DNA of 64,000 nucleotides, from positions 9,176,001 to 9,240,000 of the forward strand of contig NC_092673.1 in NCBI RefSeq assembly GCF_964355755.1, in the 5' to 3' direction. This DNA comes from Antedon mediterranea (Eukaryota; Animalia; Echinodermata). The position numbers and the translations under genes were made by a program. The notes below the pieces were generated by a model. That model was not told where the DNA came from, made no database searches, and saw only the letters and a list, made by a program, of their open reading frames with translations. This document shows, piece after piece, positions 12,108 through 24,110 of the stretch (position 1 is the stretch's first letter; each line of letters starts with the position of its first letter).

Positions 12108-15100
12108 CACTAGACATGAAACTCGTCACTTTGACGAGTTAGTTATCCGCACGACAGATGCCACGTGCACGTCATACGTTAAAAACTATAATAAGAGGTG
12201 GTCCTGTATTTTCGCCTTGTATTATAATTATACAGTACACTGTGTATAAAAGGAGACATTAATTCTACATGATACAGAGGGCGGCAAACAACAATTTGCT
12301 CACATCAGAGACTATGCTGGTGTACATTGTACTACTGTACTGTATATTATATGACATATTAACTGAATTATGGGACCTGCCTTTAATTCAAATATTTAAC
12401 ATGATGACGTCATAAAAAAAACAACACAACGATAGCAATTTCTGAAGAAAATTATCTTAGCAACAACATATTAACGTTAAGAAGAAATTTGAATACGTAA
12501 AATGTTGGTGCGCGCACATTTAAATGTGATGAACTATTACGCAAAATATGAAAATACGACTTTTTTTATTCAACTGGCAATATGATGACGTCACAACATC
12601 CGATTGGCAAAATGTTTACATGAATTCGTATCTACAATCCTATAGCTTCCAGAAAACGTTTTAATCGTGATTATTACATGTTATTCTTACGAGCTATAAC
12701 AGATTAAAATTTACTGTAAAGATGAAATTAATGACGCTGTTAATTAAAATTTTTAGGCATGGTGACGTCATCAAAATTAAAATATTTTTAACTCATGCGT
12801 AAGATAGTTGATTGACCTAGACAATACTAAAATCTCAGAGAAAAAGGAATACAGATAGGCGTGATGCGCTCCATTGAATATGATGAGCAATAACGAAAGA
12901 GACAAAAATCCTATATTTTACATTCGTGTGGCCATACGATGACGTCACAATGTCCGGTTAGCCATATTGATTCATGATCCGATTTCTACAACTCATCAAC
13001 TTCCAGAATATGTAATTAAAAAAAAGTTCACCTCGTTGTTTAGAATCTATGACTGTTTAAAAAAAGGCATAATTTTGACAAATTTTTGAACTTTTTCATC
13101 AAAAACGCACGTAAAGTATCCAATTCAACGTGCCCGTATGACGTCATTGTAAGTCGTTGTTTTAAAATTGGTAAAATTACTATAAAAGGCTGGAAAAACA
13201 TAATTCAATAAAAAAAAATACTTTTAGCGCTACGTGCGCACCACGCGCATAAAATTGTTCGCGTGCGTGGGAAATTTTGACATGGTCAAAATGTCATGAT
13301 CAGCGTAGAAAGTTGATTAAAAATTAATTTTGCGCATTTTGAATTTTAAATGCGCGTGCGCGCGTAACTTTGTGTAAAACACGCAATTTTTTTCCACAGA
13401 AAGTTAGCGCATGATATAAATTAAACTTTTGCTAAGTTTCAATTTAAATTGTTATATGGTTTTAAATCTATGTTAAATACGCGAAATTCATAAAATCGTG
13501 CGTAAGTCACGTTGCGCATTTCTGACGTCATTCACAATAGGAGGTGCACAACTTCACGTGAATGCCCATATGTTGACAAAGTTATGAAATGTTATGTTTA
13601 CACGTTTTTGAGATACGCGAGATACAAAAATAGAGGAGAAATGCGCGTGCGCGCGTAACGTCTTGTAAAACATGGCATTTTTAATCCACAAAAAGTTTGC
13701 CCTTGATATGACTTAAATTTTCACAAAGTGTCAAAACAAATTTATGCTTGGTTTTTAGTCTATGATCAATCATAAAAAATCATAAAATCGCACGTAAGTC
13801 ACGTTGCGCAACTCTGACGTCATTCAAAAATAGGAGGTGCACAACTTCACATAAATGCCCATATGTTGACAAAGTTATGAAATGTTATGTTTACAAGTTT
13901 TTGAGATACGTGAGACACAAAAATGAGGGAGAAAGAAATAAGAAAAACTAGACATGAAACTCGTCACTTTGACGAGTTAGTTATCCGCACGACAAACGCC
14001 ACGTGCACGTCATACGTTGGAATATTGCACACAGAAAAAGATTATGGCATTATGACCTGAAAAATATGATATGTTGTTAGTGCTGAATTCTGTCAATTTT
14101 GTGTAATATTATACAGTATAAACAGTATAATATGTATACATATTACATACAGTGCAGAATAGGTGAAATTATGGGACCCGCCATTTATTCATATTTTTAA
14201 CATGGCTACGGTATCAAAATTAAACTCTAAGATAGCAATTTCGGAAGGAAATTATCTCAGCAACAACATATTAACATGTAGAAGGAATTTGAATACGTAA
14301 AATATAGATGCGCGCTCTTTTAAATGTGATAAACTATGACGCAAAAGGTGAAAATACGACATTTTTTAGTTAACTGGCCATATGATGACGTCATAACATC
14401 TGATTAGCAAAATTTTCACATGAATTCGTATCTACAATCCAATAGCTTCCAGAAAACGTTTTAATCATGATTATCACTTTTTATTCTTACGAGCTATAAC
14501 AGATTGAAATTTACTGTAAAGATGAAAATAAGTGACCCACGTTATTTACATTTTTAGACATGATGACGTCATAAAAATTTAAATATTTTTAACTCATTGG
14601 AAAGATAGTTGATTGACCTAGACAGTATTAAAATCTTGCAGAAAATGAAATACGGATAAGCGTGATGCGCTCCATTGAATGTGATGAGCAATAACGAAGA
14701 GAAAAAATTCCTATATTTTGCATTCGTGTGGCCATACGATGACGTCACAATGTCCGGTTAGCCATATTGATCCATCATCCGATATCTACAACTCATTAAC
14801 TTCCAGAATATGTAATTAAAAAAAAAGTTCACCTCATAGTTTAGAATCTATGACTGTTTAAAAAAAGGCATAATTTTCATGAATTTTGGAACTTTTTCAT
14901 CAAAAACGCGCGAAAATTTTCCAATTCGACGTGCTCGTATGACGTAATTTTAAGTCAAAAATGGTTTTAAAATGGTAAAATTACTCTAGAAGGCTGGAAA
15001 AACATAATTCATACAAAAAAAGATGTTTTTCACGGTACGTGGCCACCGCGCGCAAAAAAATGCGCGCACGTGGGAATTTTTGACATGCTCAAAATGTCAT

Positions 15101-15520
15101 GAAACGCGTAGAAAGTTGATTAGAAATTGATTTTTCGCATTTTGAAATTTTAAACGCGCGTGCGCGCGTAACTTCGTGTGAAACATGCCATTTTTTCCCC
15201 ACAGTCAGTTAGCGCAAGATATAAATTAAACTTTTGTTAAGTTTCAATTTAAATTGCTATATGGTTTTCGATCTATGTTAAATACGCGAAATTCGTTAAA
15301 ACGCGCGTAAATCACGTTGCGCAATTCTGACGTCATTCACAATAGGAGGTGCACAATTTCACGTGAATGCCCACATGTTGACAAAGTTATAAAATGTTTT
15401 GTTTACAAGTTTTTGAGATACGCGAGACACAAAATTGACAGAAAGAAAGAATAATACAGAAAAAAAAAAAAAAGATGATTTCATACAGTTACAAGGAGTT
15501 ATCCGCTACTAAGCGGATAA

Positions 15521-15555
<35 letters not shown>

Positions 15556-15599
15556 CAGGACGATTACAAGGAGTTATCCGCTACTAAGCGGATAACTAA
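12108..15599 (-). mobile_element. Nested pair of ~1.6-1.9 kb Helentron/DINE-like non-autonomous elements (outer 12108-13945 plus ~15525-15599; inner 13946-15524)
   Basis: Two identical ends CTAGACATGAAACTCGTCACTTTGACGAGTTAGTTATCCGCACGACA (12110, 13948) with hairpin and subTIR AGTTATCCGC; matching opposite ends AGTTATCCGCTACTAAGCGGATAACT (15497, 15572); collinear bodies. Confidence 0.8.
13348..13930. repeat. ~290-bp internal tandem duplication in the outer element
   Basis: AAATGCGCGTGCGCGCGTAAC...GAGATACG.GA.ACAAAAAT occurs at 13348 and 13639; only one copy in the inner element (~15152-15440). Confidence 0.85.
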
Positions 15600-15730
15600 T
15601 AAAGATGAAAAAAAAAGATATTTACAATAACAAGGGTTATCCGCAACTTTACAAGTTGCGGATAACCAAAAATGTTGATCTCGTACAATAACAAGGAGTT
15701 ATCCGCTTGGTATACCAAGCGGATAACTAA
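15491..15730. repeat. Array of four related palindromic hairpins ACAAGG(A)GTTATCCGC-N-GCGGATAAC
   Basis: Units start at 15491, 15566, 15630 and 15691, with centres TACTAA, TACTAA, AACTTTACAAGTT and TTGGTATACCAA. Confidence 0.9.
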
Positions 15731-17019
15731 AAAACAGTAAATTTGTTTTCCCTATCCCCTATTTGTGTGTGTTAATAGGCATTTGTGTGTGTTATATAGG
15801 CCAAAATTTAAAAGTACCCTAAACAATTTTGCACAAGACTCTGGGATGGGGATTTTTTTCTGACATTTTATATGGTATACTTTATCAGAAAAACGTTCAA
15901 ACTAATTTTCCTTTACTTTTTCCTGCAAATGTGTATATTAACTGTTCTGCACCAAGCAGGCTAGAGGAGGATGAGATACTATGTTTGCTACAGCATAAAA
16001 TCATAAACAGATGACAGTTGTTTTATTAGTTATGCACCCTTGCATGAAGGCTGGCAAAAGACACACCTACTACTACTACTACTAACTATTGGGCTATTAG
16101 TAGATTAGGGCTAGCCTAGATCTACAGTACCTAGATAGTATTAATAGCAGTAGTAGTATGCTACTATGGGTGTATTGATTTGGGTGAATATGTGCCTAGC
16201 TAGCATAGCATCTTTCTCCCTCCCCTGTCTCATGTGTAGGCTATAAGCAGTAAATTCTAACATTTCATCTAGTTCCAATGTCATGGATCTACAATTTCTT
16301 TACAAATTTAAAATAATAATTTATAAATAACAACACAAGTTCTCCATAATTGTGATGGTCAATTTTGAGAAATTACTGTTTTATTTTGGTATTATTTTAA
16401 TATACACAGCATGAGTAATTTGGTCGGGGAAAACTTTACATTATCCGCAACATCTTAAAAACTGTACGATGTGATCGTATTTTATCAATCATGCTCTGGT
16501 TACTGTTGGGGAATCCCCAAAACAACACAACTCACACACACGGCAGTACTTACTGCAAATGTTGCTGAATCTGTTGATCACAATTTTCTCCAACAGAACA
16601 ATATTTAATTGTACCTACCTACCAGTATGTATACTGTATACATGTATCAGTTTTCAAATAAGGATACTCTAATAGTACAATGTTCCTATGTAATTATTAC
16701 TATGTAGTTAATTATTTGCTTTTCCATTGTACTTGGCCCTGCAGCGCCTGAAAATTGACAACTTTCTACTTGACTACTAATTATGTTGGTATGGCGTAGC
16801 TAGAGAAGATGTGCACAAGTATATTGTGTATATAATATCTATACATATCTCCACAATGAATTACATTCATGTTATTGATATAATAACAGTAAAAATGCAA
16901 TATTTAAGTTACAAAAAATAAGTTATTTCATAAGCATTTTGTTTGTGTTGAAACTTTTACAGGGGTGTCACTAACCCACTAGAATACCCATTGCATTTTT
17001 TATTTTTTTTTTAAATTTT

Positions 17020-17545
17020 ATTTCAACAATATTTTATGAGGGTGGTCCATCCAGCATCAGCTGATCATTAGGGACCCTCAAACAATACAAGCAAAAAATA
17101 CAAAATAAACTATAAAAACACAAAATTAACAAAGATGAAAAAATTAAATATATATATAAATATACAGTAGGCCAACAATGAAAGAAGGATAAAAAGAAAT
17201 AAAATCAGAGAGAGAGAGAGAGAAACAGGTGTTTTTACAAAAGAGATTTAAAGGAGAAGAAATTGTAAGAGTTACGAATGCTTAAAGGTAGAGAATTAAA
17301 GAAAGAAGGAGCATTGAAACTAAAAGAAAGTTTAAAGATTTCAAGGTAAGGACGAGGGACAAGAAGATCTCCTTTAGTTAAAAGCTGACAGATAGTAAGT
17401 GGAGCAGAGTGATATAGAGCTTTAAAAGAAAGACATGCCAGCTGAAAGAGGTATCGTTCATGGAAGGGGAGAGTCTTAGCACTGGAAAAGTGGTGAGGAG
17501 AGAGATGTGTAGTGGGAGATCGAGTAGTAGACGGAGCATGAGTAT
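17020..17545 (-). mobile_element. 3' end of a CR1/L2-group LINE (ORF2 C-terminus plus 3' UTR)
   Basis: ORF 17235-17549: LPFHERY..QLACLSFKAL...AP...PRPYLEIFKLSFSFNAPSFFNSLPLSIR....FSFK; GAGGGT..ACCCTC stem at 17038-17079 and AATAAA/A-rich tail on the minus strand. Confidence 0.8.
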
Positions 17546-17785
17546 ACATATCATTATTATGGCAAGTAACTTTCCAAGAAATCTTGTAGGCCTATATTGC
17601 TCAAAAACAAATAAAACATCAAAATTATCTATAAAATTTCCAAATTCTCAGCTGGTACATCTTCCTATAAAAAAAACATCAAGCTGGTTTGACAAATTTG
17701 TTTATCAACCCTCTCAGGTAGTTGAACTGAAAAAGGATAGCAGGAAAACAAGGGGCTTTGTGTGCTTTGAGTCGAGTATACACAA

Positions 17786-17960
17786 CAGGGGCGGATCCAG
17801 GATATTGAAATAGAGGTGGCGTATAGCTTTGCGAGCGAAGCGAGCAAACATTGGCTGGGGGCCAGGGGGGCCGACGGTCCCTGGAAATTTTGGCGTTCTA
17901 GCGCATTGTAAGTCGTTTAAAACGATTTACAAACATCTCATAATGTCATTTACCAAACAC
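17786..17960 (+). mobile_element. Left end of a hAT-like MITE (partner TIR not found)
   Basis: CAGGGGCGGATCCAGGA..TTGA..AGAGG terminus and GCGAGCGAAGCGAGC motif; a similar end occurs at 46511. Confidence 0.45.
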
Positions 17961-20434
17961 TCTAAAGCTCGCAAATTACGACATGTGGAACATGCAGCTG
18001 ATACTTACCTAGGGTACCACGGGGGGTACCAAAAGCAAGCTAACAACTTGCCTGTACTTTAAATCTAAATTTTTACAACGCGACGATGTTTTTCAGCTTT
18101 TATAAACTTATCCTAGCCTAGGCCGGTATTATTTTCTTACACGCGCGCCGGGTCGATCGCGGTGACTACTTCTTCGCATGCAGCTAAAGTAAAATGACAT
18201 CACGTTAAAGCGGGTCGTCACAGAGTCTCATACATATTAATGAAGCAAACTTGCTGAGAGTGTTTTCCACCACCACGTAACACATGCGACGCGAGATTTA
18301 TCAAAACTCCGAGACATCCACTGACGTTCATGTTTTTGACAATTAAAATCACGGCATATTCAACGACCTGGTTTAAACGATCGTTTAAAAATTAGCGGTC
18401 CAGCTCAATCATCATTACATTATATTTAGTGATTTGAAAAAAACAAAACACCTATTTTGTCATCGCGATTTGTTTATGAGAATCATCGACGGAAAAGCAA
18501 ATAAAACAACAAGGGTCATGAAATTCTGCAGCATTGTTAAAATATAGGCCTAACGGGATAATTTTCATAGGCACTATACAGTCCTATCATTTGTTTTTAT
18601 TGTACTTAATAAATGGGCGCGTAATAGTAGCACTGACCATGTGGCTTCATCAACTCTATTGATCGTCGGAGGTACCGCTACTCTACAATACGGGAGTGAC
18701 GATCACAAAGGATGCCGACCTGCTTAGTGGAACGCGACCAAGCTCACCACGTGGCTTTATCAACTTGCTCCTTTTACACTTAACTGTGAATGATCGTTAA
18801 TAACGCTAGAGATTGATAGTACACAAAGGATGTCGACGTACATATTATGCTTGGTGGAATGCGATCAAGCTGACGATGTGCTCCGACGTACTATTTTCAC
18901 TATGAAAATGTGCAAACCATCGGTGATTGATGACCGTCGAAACGATACGTGTTTTTAAAATCTATTTAATTTTTGTCAAAAAAAAAAAAAATCTTTAAAT
19001 ACCCATTGCATGAATATAAATACATAGTGCAAGTTGCTTGTCAAGATATAACTGCTCAAAAAACGACATCAAAACTCTCTAAAGCTTACAAGTCAGAACT
19101 TTATATGCTATTTAACAACCCTCTCAAATAGTTGGAGAAAAAATATAAATAGGGTATGTCAATTAGTTACGAAGGTATTGTGTCTTAAAACTTTTGAAAA
19201 GTGCAATTAGAACTAAATAATTGTAATTTTTCAGGGGTTTTTTTTCAGTTTTTCTCACATACGAAATACTAGACTACACTCACAGAGAAAAGATAATAGC
19301 ATTTGAACTTTTACCGATATTGGCCTTTAAGAGGCCACTGCTCAAAATTGTCTGAATATTTCATGGACAACTTTTGATATAGTGTGGGTAACATATTCAT
19401 TTCACAATATCAACTTTCAAAATGTAGATCCAAGAGGTGAGAACGAAATCCATTTTCTATGCATCTTTTGAGCTACTACTTTTTTTGTTGTCCTGTGTGA
19501 GTTCATCTCACGTTTATTTAAATTCTCATTGGTGAATATATTATATACATATAAGTGCATTTGTGACAATTAAAAGTCAGTGTTTAATTATTTAAAATAC
19601 AGGTATATCTACATAATAAGATGCTTGAATTCAGTATTAACCATATTTGTTTTCATTAAAATTTTAGATAGGATGTTAATTAAAATGTAAAAATGACGGT
19701 AAAATACATGATTAAAATTTTCTTGTTAAACTATCTTATTTGTGATCTTATTTGTGTTCGAGTAGAGAGGCTACTTTTGAGCTACTACTTTATCTAATGG
19801 CCTAATGGGGCACTTCTGACATGAATCTCTAATAGCCCTGGTGTACAGCATAGACCTAGCCTTCCCTGCAGGGGTCTCGCATTAACACCTCACACAAATT
19901 GTATTGCTTTTAACCCAATAAAAACAATTAAATTTGTTTAATTTGAACTTTATATTTTATGGTTATGTACCTTCCTTCTAGTTGACAGAATCATTGACAA
20001 AATGATTTCCGAACACAATCAGTCAACGTCGCATGGAAAACTTTTAAAAAAAGTTTACAGAAAGCTGAACGTGCATGTTAGATGTAAACAAACAACTCAA
20101 ACTACATTTTGATGTAATGATTTTTAAAAAGCGATTACCAGATAACCAATTAATATCATAGCAATTTTCAATTGCAACATGGACAATTTTGTGACTTGCA
20201 AAATCTTATAACCCATATATTATCCCCTTACCTCAAAACATTTATAGTATATGAGTGTTTCATTGCCATTTGTTTATTACATTTTGATATTGAGCTTTTT
20301 TTGTACAAAAACAAAAATGTTCTTGCATATGGAAAAAATTCTCAAGCTGGCTGTGATGATGAGAAGCACATTTTCTCTCTTGCAACAAAAAACCTAATGC
20401 TTGCGATTTTTCAAAACAATAACATTCAGAGCTT

Positions 20435-20533
20435 GTGGCTCAGAGATTATATTAGGAGATCAGGATCAAGAGTTTGAGCCTAAATGCTTTCGCATTGCTA
20501 GTGTCCTTTACTTATGTTCGGCCAAATGGGTAC
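20435..20533 (+). mobile_element. Possible highly decayed tRNA-derived SINE
   Basis: GTGGCTCAG (A-box-like), GAGTTTGAGCC (B-box-like), GTGTCCTT and AAATGGGTAC in SINE-like order. Confidence 0.3.
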
Positions 20534-20645
20534 ATGGAAAGGTCAAAGCACAAACTGAGCTGATTACTAGCTGCAACATTATAGAAGTATCTTTCCATAA
20601 TAATTTTAAGATTACATTTTTTAATGATAAAAATGCTAAACTTAC

Positions 20646-21170
20646 TGCATGATTTACAGGTTTCTTTTCTTTAGTTGCCTTTTCTTTTGGTGTTTTCCCA
20701 CTCACTTCTTCTTTATTCTTCCCCGAGAAACGTTTGAATATGCTTGTTTTTCTTTTTCCCTTTTTCATATTATTTTCATCTGCAAGCATCATGTCTGTAG
20801 GTGATGACTGCTGGCGTTCTAACATTGAATGCGAATTAGTAACTACTTTATTAATCGGTGAACTGGGTGCTGAGGAAACAGCATTACGGAGGTATGGAAA
20901 ACTACGATTGCTACGTAAAGCCACTGATGTTTGGTTCATTGCTGCAGGGATGTTATCACATTCACAACGGTTTGTGGAAGATAGCATATTTGATTGAGTA
21001 CCAGATTCATTAGTTGATTCAAATGTGGGAACGAAACCTGCAGTGCAGGTTCTGTTGACAAGGTCACCATTGTTGGCTTTACTGGAGGAAGATAATAATC
21101 CAGCCCTATTGTTATTACTCTCCATTGCATCTCCATCAATCTTGATGTCTGTGTGAAGATGTTGAACTCC
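20646..21170 (-). CDS. Internal coding exon of a host gene (175 aa, disordered Ser/Asn-rich with basic C-terminal part)
   Basis: Acceptor TTTTTAG|GGA at 21171/21170, donor GCA|GTAAGT at 20646/20645; 525 bp open, phase 0/0; GVQHLHTDIKIDGDAMESN...KKGKRKTSIFKRFSGK...KKPVNHA; no TE motifs. Confidence 0.75.
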
Positions 21171-21363
21171 CTAAAAATTGTAAGAAAATTATTTCAGGTA
21201 ATTATTTCTCAAACTAAATATTTACCACTGCTAGAAGTTATAAACAGACAATTTAATTTAGGTTGAACGATTTGCCCACACTGTCTAATGGATGTCGATG
21301 CTGAAAAATACCCGCACATAATTACCTATCTCCTATGATAATTGTTTTTAATAGCTGAAAATA

Positions 21364-21747
21364 AGGTGTCTAGAAAACTCAGATCTCAGATATATCTGAG
21401 TTTTCTAGATCTAGAATATCTGAGTTTTCTAGGAGATATCTGACTTTTCTAGATCTAGAAAACTAGGTCATTTGAAATACTAGAGTATTATTAAAACTGA
21501 TTACTGTGTAAGTTTTCTTACTAATATTGTAACGATACATCGCGATAGCGACCACACGTTGAGCCTTGAATTGAGTTTGCATAGCTAGGCCCATTTTGGA
21601 ACTAGAAACTCAGATATTGATATCTGAGTTTTCTAGATCTAGAAAAGTCAGATATCTGAGTTTTCTAGATCTAGAAAAGTCAGATATCTGTGTTTTCTAG
21701 ATCTAAAAAACTCAGATATATCTGAGATCTGAGTTTTCTAGACACCC
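21364..21747. mobile_element. Mutator-like (foldback-type) MITE with 9-bp TSD
   Basis: TIR GGTGTCTAGAAAACTCAGATCTCAGATATATCTGAG and its inverse; CTGAAAATA at 21355-21363 and 21748-21756; arms built from TCTAGA/AGATATCT palindromes. Confidence 0.8.
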
Positions 21748-21882
21748 CTGAAAATAGGTTAAGCTGCTCGAGTACAGCATTATAATGTTGAAGACAAGCC
21801 GATTTTCTTTTAAAAAATACAATTTTTTATATGTTTATACAAACATATTGCTTGGCGATGAATGGAACATTTCAATCTCTTA

Positions 21883-22551
21883 GGGTATGTTCAGACTCAC
21901 GGAGTTACGGTGGAGTTATCTACGCAAGGCGTACGGTAATCCGTGGCGTTAAAAGCCAAGGTGTTCAGACACAACGATCAACATTCCAATGCCTTGCGTT
22001 TAAAACCCTCTGATCAGGTCAAAGCAGATAGAACTATATGTATACATTCATGACAATGCATGAAAGTTTACATCGTTTACATTGTTTTTTTAATTTTTAT
22101 TTATATAATGTTTACCTTCAAATATACTGATTTGTTCTTAATACTTGTAGAATTGCATTTTAATTCAAAATAATTTAAAACGTAATTGTTACATGGACAA
22201 TTATCTGATTAATTGATTTAATTTATGAAAATATCATATTACTGACGCCAACTTTACTGTTCTTTAAAATCTGTATTTTTCTGTACATAGCTAATTCGCT
22301 GTCGTATCATAGGGTACGGGTATGTAGTTGCTGTCTGCTAATCGTGGTCGTGTATTTTCATTGGTTAAGGTTAAAATCACTGATGCATCACTGGATTAGC
22401 GTTATGAAATCTACCCTTTCCCGCTAGAGTTATTAACGCCACTGGCGCGGAGTAACAGCTTCCTAACGCTAATCCGCGGCATGGTTCAGACACAAAAATA
22501 TGTACGCTGCTTACATAACTCCACCGTAACTCCGTGAGTCTGAACATACCC
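21883..22551. mobile_element. PIF/Harbinger (Tourist-like) MITE
   Basis: 37-bp perfect TIR GGGTATGTTCAGACTCACGGAGTTACGGTGGAGTTAT; TTA on both flanks. Confidence 0.9.
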
Positions 22552-22627
22552 TTAGTCTCCCAGTATAATTTAAAAAAATTAAAAAAATTATGGGCCCTTG
22601 GGGGATAAACTTAAAACCTTTGACAAT

Positions 22628-23350
22628 AAGTTATAAACAGACAATTTAATTTAGGTTGAACGATTTGCACTGTCTAATGGATGTCGATGCTGAAAAATAC
22701 CCGCAAACAATTACCTATCTCCTATGATAATTGTTTTTAATAGCTGAAAATAGGGTGTCTAGAAAACTCAAGATATCTGACTTTTCTAGATCTAGAAAAC
22801 TCAGATCATCATTTGATTGGTTGGTAGGTCATTTGGATCGTTCCATTATTAATCAGCGGGTAGGTCATTTGAAATACTAGAGTATTATTAAAACTGATTA
22901 CTGTGTACGTTTTCTTACTAATATTGTAACATGTAGAAGTGGCCTATGGCTTAAATCATAAAGAAATACAGTGCATATGTTACCGTTAAAATATAGACTT
23001 AAAATTGAGGTGTGTTGGTTGAGGTACGAGTTAGCCAAGTTGGGAATAGGTACGAGTTATTTTGGGTACGAGTTGACCACTTCTAGTCTAGTACTGTAAG
23101 ACCAGGCCTACTCTTCTCGATACATCGCGATAGCGCCCACATGTTGAGCCTTGAATTGAGTTTGCTTAGCTAGGCCTAAATGCTAAGGCTACATTTTAAA
23201 AGGTGTATACTGTATTTCTTTATGATTTAAGTCGTAGGCTGCTACTACAAGTTACAATAATTATTATTATTAGTAAGAAAACGTATAATACTGTGTACTC
23301 TAATAATAATGGAACGATACATTTGATGATCTAGGTTTTCTAGTTCCATT
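22628..23350 (+). repeat. Local duplicate of 21235-21600 carrying a longer version of the Mutator-like MITE
   Basis: ~125 bp of flank (AAGTTATAAACAGACAATTT...CTGAAAATA) plus the element start are repeated; interior matches 47131-47750. Confidence 0.85.
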
Positions 23351-23358
23351 TTTTGTTA

Positions 23359-23653
23359 AAAAGTGTCTGTGACATTTTGCCTATTCTCTAGTAGCTAGAT
23401 CAACTTTCGTATGCACTTTGAGGTCCAGAGAATTTGACTTCAGAAATTGGTTTAGGGTGGTCAAACAATCGTTTTTAGCTTGGTGGCAAAAGGCCAAATT
23501 CTCTGGACCTCAAAGTGCATACAAAGTTGATCTAGCTACTTGTATGTTTAATTGTTTTAAGGATGCACCATTATTATGTGTGCCGCTGTTCAAAAAGCGT
23601 TTTCCAAATAAATTATTATACTAGAGTATAGGCAAAATGTCTCAGACACTTTA
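23359..23653. mobile_element. Small foldback MITE with nested inverted repeats
   Basis: Outer AAAGTGTCTG.GACATTTTGCCTAT.CTCTAGTA and inverse; inner ~46-bp AGTAGCTAGATCAACTTT.GTATGCACTTTGAGGTCCAGAGAATTT and inverse. Confidence 0.75.
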
Positions 23654-23754
23654 TAACATGAAAAGGTTCAGGATTAAAAATAACAATAACCTTTATAATC
23701 CCAATGACATCACTACTAATGGGTTATTGAAATTCGACATGAGTAAATAAAAAA

Positions 23755-24110
23755 AAAAATGATTGTATTCTTACAATTTGGTCAATTACGCATCACATTT
23801 CATTTGGAATTAGCTCTATCCTACGAAAAAGTGATATCTAACTGTGATAATTACAACGCTGTAACGCATGTTCAGCTTTCTGTAAATATTTTGAGAATTG
23901 TTAGCATGCGACATTGTTGACTGATCGCGTTGGGAAATTAACTTGTTGTGCATGCCGTCTATAACTGTTGTACTCAGCATCTAAAGTTGGAGTACTGCCT
24001 ATGTCCCAGCTTCCTGGCCTAGCATTCATCAATGATTTACGGTGGATAACTTGAATAAAAATGACTGTTTTGTAGTCATTGAATGGAGAATATATTTCAT
24101 TCGATGAAAA
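23755..24110. repeat. Interspersed repeat family, also at ~42545-42860 and inverted at ~19990-20150
   Basis: Shared ATTACGCATCACAT, TCTAAAGTTGGA and GGCCTAGCATTC.TCAATGATTTACG blocks. Confidence 0.65.

Noticed and set aside
15491-15730. CRISPR array
   Set aside because: Eukaryotic context, no cas genes, A-rich low-complexity linkers, and the repeats match transposon subTIRs.
20734-20997. 87-aa plus-strand ORF
   Set aside because: Antisense shadow of the minus-strand exon, which has the splice signals.
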